Assembly (NCBI RefSeq): GCF_052091845.1
Contig: NZ_JBQDCO010000008.1
Coordinates: forward strand, 16,180-80,179
Source: Marinobacter sp.
Lineage (GTDB): Bacteria; Pseudomonadota; Gammaproteobacteria; Pseudomonadales; Oleiphilaceae
Direction: 5' to 3'
Length of the DNA: 64,000 bases
A program made the position numbers and the translations under genes. Within the stretch, counting starts at the first letter, position 1. Each line of letters begins with the position of its first letter. Shown one piece after another: positions 44,227-54,092 of this stretch. Under the pieces are notes generated by a model, which was not told where the DNA came from, did no database searches, and was given only the letters and a program-made list of their open reading frames with translations.

Positions 44227-44449
44227 GGGTATTTTGTCAGGTAAAACCACTTACCAATAAATGGTGGTGGCTGCTGGTTTTTCGACCCGGAGTGTAAGAG
44301 ATCGTGAAAACTGAAAGGTAAGTGTTTCGTTTTAGAGCAAATTTGTGGTGCTTGGATTCATCACACATTAAAATGCAGCATACTCTACATATATAAGATT
44401 TATAGCCTAGGGCACGGAATCAGGCGACGTCGTTGGAGGACGCCACACT

Positions 44450-45277
44450 ATGCCAAATGCAAAAACCGCTTCACTGGAACTGATGGCAGCCTCCAGTGAT
44501 GACGAACCGGTGAAGCCGGAGAAAGATAGGAAATTCGTTGAGGCGCTGTCTCGTGGCCTGGATGTCCTGCGGGCTTTCAGTCATGGGCCGGTTATTCTGG
44601 GCAATCAGGATATTGCCCGGCTTACCGACCTGCCTAAGCCAACCGTGTCCCGCATGACCTACACACTGACCAAACTTGGATACTTAAGCTATAACACCCA
44701 GCTGGAAAAGTACCAGCTCAGCTCCGGTGTGCTGGCACTGGGTTACGCCTATGTGTCCAACCTGAAAGTTCGTCAGTTGGCCAAGCCTTACATGGATGAG
44801 TTTGCCCGTCAGAATAATATGTCCATTGGCCTTACGTGCCGCGATCGCCTGCATATGATTTACGTGGAAAATCGCCTGCCGCCGGAAGCTTCGCTTCTGC
44901 GTATGGATATCGGCGTTAAACTCCCAATGGCAACGACATCTGCAGGCCGGGCCTACTACTGTGCCATTTCAGACAAAGCGCGCAAAGTTATAGATGACGC
45001 ACTGGAGCTGAAATATGGCCCGGAATCCTGGCCTGAGAAAAAAGCGGGACTGGAGCGTGCCATGGAAGACTATGACGAGCATGGGTTTTGCTTGTCGCTT
45101 GGCGAGTGGGACCGCAATATCAACTCTGCCGGTGTTCCTGTTCACCTGCAAGACGGCACCACCATGACGCTGACCTGCGCTGCGCCTTCTTATCTGGTTC
45201 CGGCTGAAAAGCTTCGAAGCTCTATTGCTCACCAGCTGGCGATGCTGGCAAGTGATATTGAATCACTGGGGGTTTAA
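44450..45277 (+). CDS. IclR-family transcriptional regulator
   Basis: N-terminal wHTH (FVEALSRGLDVLRAF...IARLTDLPKPTVSRMTYTL) plus a C-terminal IclR effector domain. Confidence 0.85.
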   Translation: MPNAKTASLELMAASSDDEPVKPEKDRKFVEALSRGLDVLRAFSHGPVILGNQDIARLTDLPKPTVSRMTYTLTKLGYLSYNTQLEKYQLSSGVLALGYAYVSNLKVRQLAKPYMDEFARQNNMSIGLTCRDRLHMIYVENRLPPEASLLRMDIGVKLPMATTSAGRAYYCAISDKARKVIDDALELKYGPESWPEKKAGLERAMEDYDEHGFCLSLGEWDRNINSAGVPVHLQDGTTMTLTCAAPSYLVPAEKLRSSIAHQLAMLASDIESLGV

Positions 45278-45316
45278 ACCGGTCAGACCCTCTGGCGCCC
45301 GGGCTTTTCGATAAAA

Positions 45317-45343
45317 CCGTAGAATTCGTTCTGCGGTTTTTTT
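45317..45343 (+). terminator. rho-independent terminator after the IclR gene
   Basis: 8-bp stem ccgtagaa/ttctgcgg (one G-U pair) with a ttcg tetraloop, followed by T7. Confidence 0.8.
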
Positions 45344-45449
45344 ATGCCTGGATTTTAATTGATGGTTGAAACACAGCACAAACTTGTATTAAATCGTACT
45401 TATGTTTCGCTTGTTAAAACTAAATTCCATATACAGCGAGGAAAAGTTT

Positions 45450-47543
45450 ATGCCAGAGGTCGTAACCTACAATCGTGAAGGCAGTATTGGCGTAATTACC
45501 GTGAATTATCCGCCGGTCAACGCCCTTAGCCATGCGGTGCGTTCAGGCTTGGTCGCCGCGCTGGAGCAGGGGCAGAAGGACGCCGACGCCAAAGTGCTTT
45601 TGCTGGTCTGTGAAGGTCGCACCTTTATAGCGGGTGCTGACATCCGTGAATTTGGTAAGCCCATGCAGGAGCCAAGCCTGCCTGCGGTGGTTGAACAATT
45701 CGAAAACAGCGATAAACCTCTGGTTGCCGCTATCCACGGTACCGCACTCGGTGGCGGGCTCGAAACGGCGCTTGGCTGCCATTACCGGGTTGCGTTGAGC
45801 AGCGCCAAAGTTGGCCTGCCAGAAGTAAAACTTGGCTTGCTGCCAGGAGCTGGTGGCACGCAGCGTTTACCGCGCCTGGCCGGTGCACAAAAAGCACTGG
45901 AAATGATTACGTCGGGTGAGTTTGTCGGTGCTAAAGACGCGCTGGCGTTTGGCATTGTGGATGTCGTTGACGAGGGTACCGACGTGAAAGCGGCAGGTTT
46001 GGCCTACGCAAGGCAGATTGCTGAGGAAGGCAAGCCCGTGCGTCGGGTTCGCGATCTAACGGACAAAATTGCCGCGGACAAGGGAAGCGACGTGTTCGAA
46101 CAGTTCCGGGCCGTATTGCAGAAGAAGGCCCGTGGCCAGTTTTCCCCGTTTAAATGCGTAGACGCTGTTGAGGCGGCGTTTAACCTGCCATTCCCTGAAG
46201 GCGTGAAGCGCGAACGCGAACTGTTTATGGAGTGCATGGATTCGCCCCAGCGCGGAGGCCTGATCCATTCCTTTTTCGCAGAACGTGAGGTTTCCAAAGT
46301 TAAAGGGTTGTCGAAGGATACGCCGGTACGTGATGTGAAGAGCGTCGGTATCATTGGCGCTGGCACCATGGGTGGCGGTATCGCCATGAACTTCGCCAAC
46401 GCGGGCCTGCCCGTGACTATTGTGGAAATGAAGCAGGAAGCTCTGGACAAAGGGCTGGGCATTATTCGCAAGAACTATGAAAGCTCTGCGAAGAAGGGGC
46501 GTATTACCCAGCAGCAGGTGGAAGACCGGATGGCGCTGATCACCGGCAGCCTGAACTATGATGATTTCAAAGACGTGGATCTGGTGATTGAGGCTGTGTT
46601 TGAAAACATGGCGGTGAAGAAAGAGATCTTCACCAAACTGGATGCGGTGTGTAAACCCGGCGCCATTCTGGCCTCCAACACCTCTACCCTGGATATCGAC
46701 GAAATTGCCTCTGCTACCAAACGGCCGGAAGACGTGGTGGGCATGCACTTCTTCAGTCCCGCCAATGTTATGAAGCTGCTGGAGAATGTTCGCGGTAGCA
46801 AGACCTCTGACGAGGTAAAAGCGACCGTGATGGCCGTTGCAAAGAAGATTAAGAAGGTGGGTGTGCTGGTTGGCAACTGCCACGGGTTTGTGGGCAACCG
46901 CATGCTGCACAAGCGCGGCGCCGAAGCTATGGCGTTGGTCAATGAAGGCGCCACGCCACAGCAGGTCGATAAAGTGCTGACGGATTTGGGCTATCCCATG
47001 GGTCAGTTTGCCATGTCGGATCTGGCGGGTATTGATGTGGGGTATCGCATCCGCCAAGAGCTTCGTAATGCGGGTGAAAACGTAGCGTCGAGCTGGATGG
47101 ATAAGCTTGCGGAGCAGAATCGCTTTGGTCAGAAAACCATGGCGGGTGTTTACAAGTATGAGGAAGGCAGCCGCAAGCCGATTCCGGATCCTGAGGTAAA
47201 GCGGATTATTGAGGATTTCCGTAAGGAGCAGGGTATCGACTCCCGTGAAATTACGGATCAGGAGATTCTTGAGCGCTGCATGTATGTGATGGTGAATGAG
47301 GCGGCCAAGATTCTTGAGGAAGGCATTGCTGATCGGGCTCTGGATATTGATGTGGTCTGGATTTATGGCTATGGCTTCCCGGCTTATCGTGGTGGGCCTA
47401 TGTTCTGGGCGGATCAGATTGGTCTGGATTCGATTCTGGCTGCTGTGGAGAAGTATCACGGTGATGTGGGTGGTGCGCAGTGGGAGCCTGCCCCGCTGTT
47501 GAAACAACTGGTTGCTGATGGGAAGAAGTTTGGCGACTTGTAA
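45450..47543 (+). CDS. bifunctional enoyl-CoA hydratase / 3-hydroxyacyl-CoA dehydrogenase (FadB/PimF-like)
   Basis: N-terminal crotonase (GRTFIAGADIREF, IHGTALGGGLE) plus an NAD Rossmann motif (IIGAGTMGGGIA) and HCDH C-terminal domains. Start at ATG 45450 after GAGGAAAA. Confidence 0.9.
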   Translation: MPEVVTYNREGSIGVITVNYPPVNALSHAVRSGLVAALEQGQKDADAKVLLLVCEGRTFIAGADIREFGKPMQEPSLPAVVEQFENSDKPLVAAIHGTALGGGLETALGCHYRVALSSAKVGLPEVKLGLLPGAGGTQRLPRLAGAQKALEMITSGEFVGAKDALAFGIVDVVDEGTDVKAAGLAYARQIAEEGKPVRRVRDLTDKIAADKGSDVFEQFRAVLQKKARGQFSPFKCVDAVEAAFNLPFPEGVKRERELFMECMDSPQRGGLIHSFFAEREVSKVKGLSKDTPVRDVKSVGIIGAGTMGGGIAMNFANAGLPVTIVEMKQEALDKGLGIIRKNYESSAKKGRITQQQVEDRMALITGSLNYDDFKDVDLVIEAVFENMAVKKEIFTKLDAVCKPGAILASNTSTLDIDEIASATKRPEDVVGMHFFSPANVMKLLENVRGSKTSDEVKATVMAVAKKIKKVGVLVGNCHGFVGNRMLHKRGAEAMALVNEGATPQQVDKVLTDLGYPMGQFAMSDLAGIDVGYRIRQELRNAGENVASSWMDKLAEQNRFGQKTMAGVYKYEEGSRKPIPDPEVKRIIEDFRKEQGIDSREITDQEILERCMYVMVNEAAKILEEGIADRALDIDVVWIYGYGFPAYRGGPMFWADQIGLDSILAAVEKYHGDVGGAQWEPAPLLKQLVADGKKFGDL

Positions 47544-47626
47544 GGCCAATTTGAGCACCGGGTTTGTATCTTTTTCCAGTTACCTTAAACAGGTAAGTGC
47601 TCCATTTTTATTTCGAGGTCACTTTT

Positions 47627-48811
47627 ATGTCAGACGCAGTTATTGTTTCTACGGCTCGTACCGGTCTTGGGAAGTCTTTCCGGGGCGCTTTGAACAACAC
47701 CCACAGTGTCGATATTGCCGGCCATGTGATTAAGCACGCTGTTGCTCGTGCGGGTATTGATCCGGCTATTGTTGAGGATGTGATTCTTGGTGCGACCTTC
47801 CACGAAGGCGCCCAGGGCAAGAACATGGCGCGCCTGGCAGCTATTCGTGCAGGATTGCCGGTGACGACGGCGGGGATGTCTATCAACCGTTTTTGCAGTT
47901 CCGGTCTGCAGTCTATCGCTATTGCTGCGCAGCGTGTGGTATCCGAGAAGGTGCCGGCGATGGTGGCTGGTGGTGTGGAGTCTATTTCTCTGGTGCAAAA
48001 CGATAAGCTCAACAGCTTTCATGCCAGGAATGAGTGGCTGATGAAGCACAGGCCTGAACTATACCTCTCGATGATTGAGACGGCCGATATCGTCGCCCAG
48101 CGTTATAACGTGAGCCGTGAGTCTCAGGATGAGTACGCCCTGATTTCCCAACAGCGCACGGCTGCGGCCCAGGAAGCGGGCAAGTTTGACGATGAAATTG
48201 TGCCCTTCGACGCCACCATGATGGTGAAGGATAAGGAAACCGGCGACGTTAGCCAGAAAGACGTCACGCTGACTCGCGATGAGTGTAATCGCCCGAACAC
48301 CACGCTTGAGGGCCTTCAGGGTTTGAACGCGGTGCGTGGAGAGGGCAATTTTGTGACCGCCGGCAATGCCAGTCAGTTGTCTGACGGTGCCTCGGTTTGC
48401 ACCGTGATGAACAGTACCTATGCCGAGAAAAACAACATTGAGCCCATGGGTATTTTCCGTGGTTTTGCCGTAGCCGGGTGTGAGCCGGATGAGATGGGGA
48501 TTGGTCCGGTGTTCGCCATTCCTCGTTTGCTGGAGCGTAACGGCCTGACCATGGATGACATTGATCTGTGGGAACTGAACGAAGCTTTTGCGTCTCAGGT
48601 GGTTTATTGCCGTGATCGTCTTGGCATTCCCATGGAAAAGCTGAACGTGAACGGTGGCTCTATTTCGATCGGCCATCCATACGGCGTTACCGGGTCTCGT
48701 CTTGCAGGCCATGCCTTGATTGAAGGCAAGCGCCGGGGCGCTAAATACGTGGTGGTTACCATGTGTATTGGTGGCGGCCAGGGGGCTGCAGGTCTGTTCG
48801 AAGTGGTATAG
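47627..48811 (+). CDS. acetyl-CoA C-acyltransferase (3-ketoacyl-CoA thiolase)
   Basis: Thiolase motifs ([10 protein letters not shown] active-site Cys, [21 protein letters not shown]). Start at ATG 47627 after GAGG. Confidence 0.9.
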   Translation: MSDAVIVSTARTGLGKSFRGALNNTHSVDIAGHVIKHAVARAGIDPAIVEDVILGATFHEGAQGKNMARLAAIRAGLPVTTAGMSINRFCSSGLQSIAIAAQRVVSEKVPAMVAGGVESISLVQNDKLNSFHARNEWLMKHRPELYLSMIETADIVAQRYNVSRESQDEYALISQQRTAAAQEAGKFDDEIVPFDATMMVKDKETGDVSQKDVTLTRDECNRPNTTLEGLQGLNAVRGEGNFVTAGNASQLSDGASVCTVMNSTYAEKNNIEPMGIFRGFAVAGCEPDEMGIGPVFAIPRLLERNGLTMDDIDLWELNEAFASQVVYCRDRLGIPMEKLNVNGGSISIGHPYGVTGSRLAGHALIEGKRRGAKYVVVTMCIGGGQGAAGLFEVV

Positions 48812-49867
<1,056 letters not shown>

Positions 49868-50048
49868 CGGCTTAATACTGTTCGAAATGAGGGGGTCGCC
49901 TGGCCCCTTCAGACACGCTTTCAAGAAACTGCACACTCCTTGCAAGTTCTGCAAACGCCTTCCTGTGGCGCCCGCCATGATCCGCTCCTATCTTTGTGAC
50001 CGAACCACCTAGTCAATCCGATATAAAACACAATAAAAGGACGGGACC

Positions 50049-51431
50049 ATGGCTCGATTCATCCTGACCCTATTCGGGGTCGCTACCTTGTTTTTTTCAA
50101 CTTCCCATGGTGCGAACGCTGATACCGAAGAGGTATACGGGCTCGCACAGGGCTGCTTTGCAGTTCAATCGGCACACAACGATCGCTTCATGCGCCGGTA
50201 TCAGACCAACGGCACCATTAATGGTGGCTGGAGTTTTGATTTCAGTGCAGTCAGCCCGGAAGACGCTGCGTTGTTCTATATGAAGCCCAGTGAGCTGGGC
50301 ACCTTTATGATGCGTGATCAGGGCGGCCGGTTTTTGGACACCCGGTTGCCGGCGGATATCACCGCAGGCAACGTGCCGGGCCAGCATGCTAACTGGCGCA
50401 TAGATGAGCGCATGCAGAGCGGGGAACAGCAATTCCGGTTCACGAGCCTGTCTCTCAACCGCACGTTGAGGCACAACTGGAACAGCCGGGGCATCTACTT
50501 GCTTGATTTGCTGAACCCCGGAAACAAGGATAGCGAAGCCTGGTTCCGGCTTGTTCCTGCGCAAAACTGTGAAGATTTCCCGGAAGCAGAGGTGAACATT
50601 GCCGGGGATCTTGAGCCATTAAAAGGAAATGCCAACGAACCCGTGCGTGGTTCTATTGATGCGCATACCCACATCACCTCTTACGAGTTCATGGGCGGTA
50701 CCATGATGGCTGGCTCCCCGTTCCACCCCTTCGGTGTGACCAAAGCGCTTGCCGACAGTTCTGATGTTCATGGTCCCGATGGTTCCCTGGATGTGATTGG
50801 TAATCTGATGGGCTTCAACGATATTAATTTCCGCTATAACACCGCGGGTTGGCCAGATTTTCCCTTTTGGCCTAATCATCAAAGCTTGTCCCATACTGGC
50901 TACTACTACCGTTGGATAGAGCGGGCCTTTCTGGGTGGCCAGAAAATGATGGTGACCCATCTCGTGGAAAACGAGGTGTTGTGTAACCTGCTCCCAGGCC
51001 TATGTTGGCGCCCAGCTGCAGAAATACTTGACCTTGGCGTTCGTGCGGTTTATCCCATTCACCGGTTTGATAATCAGTTTGGCGGCCCCCGAATCGAAAG
51101 CGGGCTGATTAATGTGGGCAATAACCTGTCAACAGGGCGGTATTTTTCTACCAGTGCTTGCGACGACGAAACCCAAGGCCAGATGATGTACAACGATTTG
51201 GGGCTGTTCGGGCTTGAAGCACTGCTGGGGATTACAGGTTCCACGAATTACGATGAAACAACCGACCAGTGCAACAATCGTGGTCTGACCGACCTTGGCA
51301 TCTATCTGGTAAACCGGATGATGGACATGGGCATGATTATCGAAGTGGATCATATGTCCCAGCACAGCCATGAAGCAGTACTCGATATTAAGGAACCTGT
51401 CTTGATGTTCCTGGCAATGATGACGGCGTGA
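50049..51431 (+). CDS. secreted protein with amidohydrolase-like HxH motif; probably the 5' part of a frameshifted hydrolase-lectin gene
   Basis: Signal peptide (FGVATLFFSTSHGANA). IDAHTHITS and IIEVDHMS motifs. The ORF ends 40 nt after the point where a ricin-type repeat begins in another frame. Confidence 0.55.
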   Translation: MARFILTLFGVATLFFSTSHGANADTEEVYGLAQGCFAVQSAHNDRFMRRYQTNGTINGGWSFDFSAVSPEDAALFYMKPSELGTFMMRDQGGRFLDTRLPADITAGNVPGQHANWRIDERMQSGEQQFRFTSLSLNRTLRHNWNSRGIYLLDLLNPGNKDSEAWFRLVPAQNCEDFPEAEVNIAGDLEPLKGNANEPVRGSIDAHTHITSYEFMGGTMMAGSPFHPFGVTKALADSSDVHGPDGSLDVIGNLMGFNDINFRYNTAGWPDFPFWPNHQSLSHTGYYYRWIERAFLGGQKMMVTHLVENEVLCNLLPGLCWRPAAEILDLGVRAVYPIHRFDNQFGGPRIESGLINVGNNLSTGRYFSTSACDDETQGQMMYNDLGLFGLEALLGITGSTNYDETTDQCNNRGLTDLGIYLVNRMMDMGMIIEVDHMSQHSHEAVLDIKEPVLMFLAMMTA

Positions 51432-51967
51432 ACAGCGGCGCCTGGGTAGACCATTATGCGTGCCAGCCATTGGCCCGGGATCAGCGCTGGCTGTTCGATG
51501 CGCTGCAGGGAACCTTCGCCAACCAGGTTGGCGACAACGCCTTGTGCCTGGACAACAATGGCACACCCTGGAATAACGGCTACCCCAATCTGCAAGCCTG
51601 TAATGGCAGTGCCCAGCAAAACTGGCAGTATTCTGGCCAGCGTATCACTAGCGCCGGCAGCAATAGCCATTCTCTTGATGCTTACCGCAGTGGCTGGGTA
51701 GGTTTCTGGCAGTCTCATGGTGATGCAAATCAGCAGTGGGAACTGCACATGGACTCTGCAAGTGGGCACTGGGCGGAGTATCGGAGTGGCGAGACTGGCT
51801 TATGCCTGACCGCCAGCGGCGCGCTGACGTTCGAACGGCACGCCGACAAGTCATTCCGGTTGCAGCAGGATAGTCGTTATGCCTTGGATGCTGCCGGTAC
51901 TGATTTGGTGATGTACCAGCACCATGGCGGCAGTAATCAGCGTTGGGTTCCGACACTTCCGCAGTAA
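51392..51967 (+). CDS. ricin-type beta-trefoil lectin repeats (QxW); probably the displaced 3' part of the preceding gene
   Basis: Repeats CLDVPG...DQRWLF, LCLDNNG...QQNWQY, ...ANQQWEL and LDAAG...SNQRWV. The frame is open from 51392, and there is no convincing independent start, RBS or signal peptide (the ORF track starts at GTG 51428). Confidence 0.55.
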   Translation, partial: GTCLDVPGNDDGVNSGAWVDHYACQPLARDQRWLFDALQGTFANQVGDNALCLDNNGTPWNNGYPNLQACNGSAQQNWQYSGQRITSAGSNSHSLDAYRSGWVGFWQSHGDANQQWELHMDSASGHWAEYRSGETGLCLTASGALTFERHADKSFRLQQDSRYALDAAGTDLVMYQHHGGSNQRWVPTLPQ

Positions 51968-52106
51968 ATGTTAAGCAGGCAGCTCGGTACATCTCCGAGC
52001 TGCTTTCCTTCCATTCGCCATAGCTACTGGCGCCCCGGCAAACGGGTCAATGCCAAACCGGTAAACTTTCTCCTATACTTGATAGAACACAATAATAATA
52101 TCAATC

Positions 52107-53234
52107 TTGGAGAGTTCCGCTGTGCTCACGCTCACTGGCTTTGGTTTGGGGTGTCTGGTTTCCCTGTTACTGGTCTTCTGGCGCGATTTCCGGCATTTGC
52201 TGGTCGGCAAGGTGTTTATCCTGATTATCATCGCATCGGCCGCATACCTGATAGATCCGCTCGTTCCCTCTCATTGGCGCTGGATAACCTCTGATCTCCA
52301 GACTGCCATGCCTGCTCTGTTCTGGGTCCTGTGCCAGCTGGTGTTTGCCGCCAGGCCGCGGTTGGTAAGCGTATGGGGCGCTATGGCTTTATACAGTTTT
52401 TTGACTCCCACACTCTCCAGGCCTTTTATAGAGGCAGGGCTTTGGCCTGAGTGGGGCGTTTTTCTGGGCTGGAAACTGGGGCAGTGGTTTGAGTATGTGG
52501 TTGTGCTGCACAGTCTTGTTTATGTGGTTCGTCACTGGCGCAATGACTTGGTCGAAGCCCGCAGAAAGGCCCGGTTAGTGTTGCTTTTGGTTCTGGGCAG
52601 CGCTGTTGGTATTGCAACGGTTAGCTTGAATTTTGGGATTTACCAGGAAGTTACCCGCAGCATAGTGGTTGGCATGGCGACACTGATGATATTGTTCTGT
52701 GCCGTTTCGTCACGGGATGGGTTGCTGGAGCTTGCGCCACCGGGAAAGTCGGCTGGAGAGATGCCGGTACCAGATCAGGAAGTGCGACACCCCATGGAAT
52801 CGCCGCGCCAGACTGCGCGTCAGACTGATAGTGACGATGCTGAAAAGCTGGCCAACCTGATGGCCAGCGGTTTTTATAAACAGGAGAAGTTAACGCTCAA
52901 ACAGCTGGCAAAGGCCATTGGTATTCCTGAATACAGGGTGCGCCGGTTGATTAACCAAACACTTGGTTATCGCAATTTTAATGATTACATCAACCAGTTG
53001 CGGATTGCGGAAGCCTCAAGTCGTTTGGTTAATACACCGGACGAGCCTGTTTTGAATATTTCGCTGGATGTTGGCTATCGCACGTTGAGTTCTTTCAACC
53101 GTGCCTTCCGGGATATTATGCACACTACCCCTACGGCTTATCGGCAGGTCATGAGGTCGGCGAGGGGCTGCGCTGCAGCCCCTCATTACTACAGGTTTTT
53201 GAGCTCTAAGCGTCCTTCAGTGCCGGGGGTTTGA
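52107..53234 (+). CDS. AraC-family transcriptional regulator with N-terminal multi-TM membrane domain
   Basis: C-terminal AraC HTH pair (LKQLAKAIGIPEYRVRRLINQ...ISLDVGYRTLSSFNRAFRDIMHTTPTAYR) preceded by about 6-7 hydrophobic helices. Start uncertain (TTG 52107 or GTG 52122). Confidence 0.75.
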   Translation: MESSAVLTLTGFGLGCLVSLLLVFWRDFRHLLVGKVFILIIIASAAYLIDPLVPSHWRWITSDLQTAMPALFWVLCQLVFAARPRLVSVWGAMALYSFLTPTLSRPFIEAGLWPEWGVFLGWKLGQWFEYVVVLHSLVYVVRHWRNDLVEARRKARLVLLLVLGSAVGIATVSLNFGIYQEVTRSIVVGMATLMILFCAVSSRDGLLELAPPGKSAGEMPVPDQEVRHPMESPRQTARQTDSDDAEKLANLMASGFYKQEKLTLKQLAKAIGIPEYRVRRLINQTLGYRNFNDYINQLRIAEASSRLVNTPDEPVLNISLDVGYRTLSSFNRAFRDIMHTTPTAYRQVMRSARGCAAAPHYYRFLSSKRPSVPGV

Positions 53235-54090
53235 TGCCCCCCTTGCCATCCGTCTCTTTTGTCAAAGCCTTGAGTGCGGACCAGGATAAGCCTCTTCGCG
53301 TGGGCTTTTCCGGGGTGCTGTCGGCAACCAGGTTGAGAAGCTCTGCGGAGATAGAGACCGCAACCTCCATGGGCCGTTTGCCGGGCACATCACTGCGTCC
53401 AACCGGGCACCTTATTCTGGCTATGTCTGTTTCGGCATAGCCCCGGTGATCAAGTCGCTGGCGGAAGCGTTCCGCTTTGGTATGCGAGCCAATCAGCCCG
53501 ATGGATAGCACAGTATCCTGTTTCAACAGGGTTTCACACAGAGCAAAATCCAGCGCATGGCTGTGGGTCAGAATCAGCACATGGCTGTCGGCGCATAAGT
53601 CGGGAGCATCACCGGCCGGATCATCCGTGCAGTGCACGGCGGTATTGGCCGGTATCTTGTCCGGGAAGCAATCGCTGCGGGAATCCACCCAGGTTATCCG
53701 CCAGGGCAACTCGCCCACAATGCTCATCAGCGACTGGCTAACATGGCCTGCACCAAAAACCACAAGGTGGGCATCGCCGCCGCCCTGGGCTTCCAGTAGT
53801 ACCGCCACGCTGCCGCCGCAGCATTGGCCGAGGCTGGCCCCCAAAGGAAAGTGCGCCAGTTCATAGGTGTAGTCGTGATTTGCCAGCCGCTCCCTGGCCT
53901 GGGCGATCACCCGGTATTCAAGGTGGCCGCCGCCAATGGTGTCGTAACTGTGCTCTGCGGTAACCACCATTTTACTGGCGGGTTCCCGGGGCACGGAGCC
54001 GGCTACGCCGAGCACAGTGACCAGCACATAAGGCTGGCCACGGCGCTCGCAGTCGGCAACCGCCTGCACCCATGTTAAATGGTCGCGCAT
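53206..54090 (-). CDS. xdhC: xanthine dehydrogenase accessory/maturation protein XdhC
   Basis: XdhC/CoxI N-terminal region (RGQPYVLVTVLGVAGSVPREP) and Rossmann-like LVVFGAGHVSQSL. Start set at ATG 54090, 2 nt after the xdhB stop. Confidence 0.85.
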   Translation of the reverse strand: MRDHLTWVQAVADCERRGQPYVLVTVLGVAGSVPREPASKMVVTAEHSYDTIGGGHLEYRVIAQARERLANHDYTYELAHFPLGASLGQCCGGSVAVLLEAQGGGDAHLVVFGAGHVSQSLMSIVGELPWRITWVDSRSDCFPDKIPANTAVHCTDDPAGDAPDLCADSHVLILTHSHALDFALCETLLKQDTVLSIGLIGSHTKAERFRQRLDHRGYAETDIARIRCPVGRSDVPGKRPMEVAVSISAELLNLVADSTPEKPTRRGLSWSALKALTKETDGKGGIKPPALKDA

Positions 54091-54092
54091 GG

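Noticed and set aside
46056-47558. 500-aa ORF on the - strand, antisense to the fadB-like gene
   Set aside because: Same reasoning as above. The composition is dominated by L/R/H/N/I repeats that reflect the complement of the sense codons, and there is no domain signature.
51968-52294. 108-aa ORF bridging the lectin gene and the AraC gene
   Set aside because: It overlaps the start of the AraC-family gene in another frame, has no RBS or motifs, and lies in a likely promoter region.
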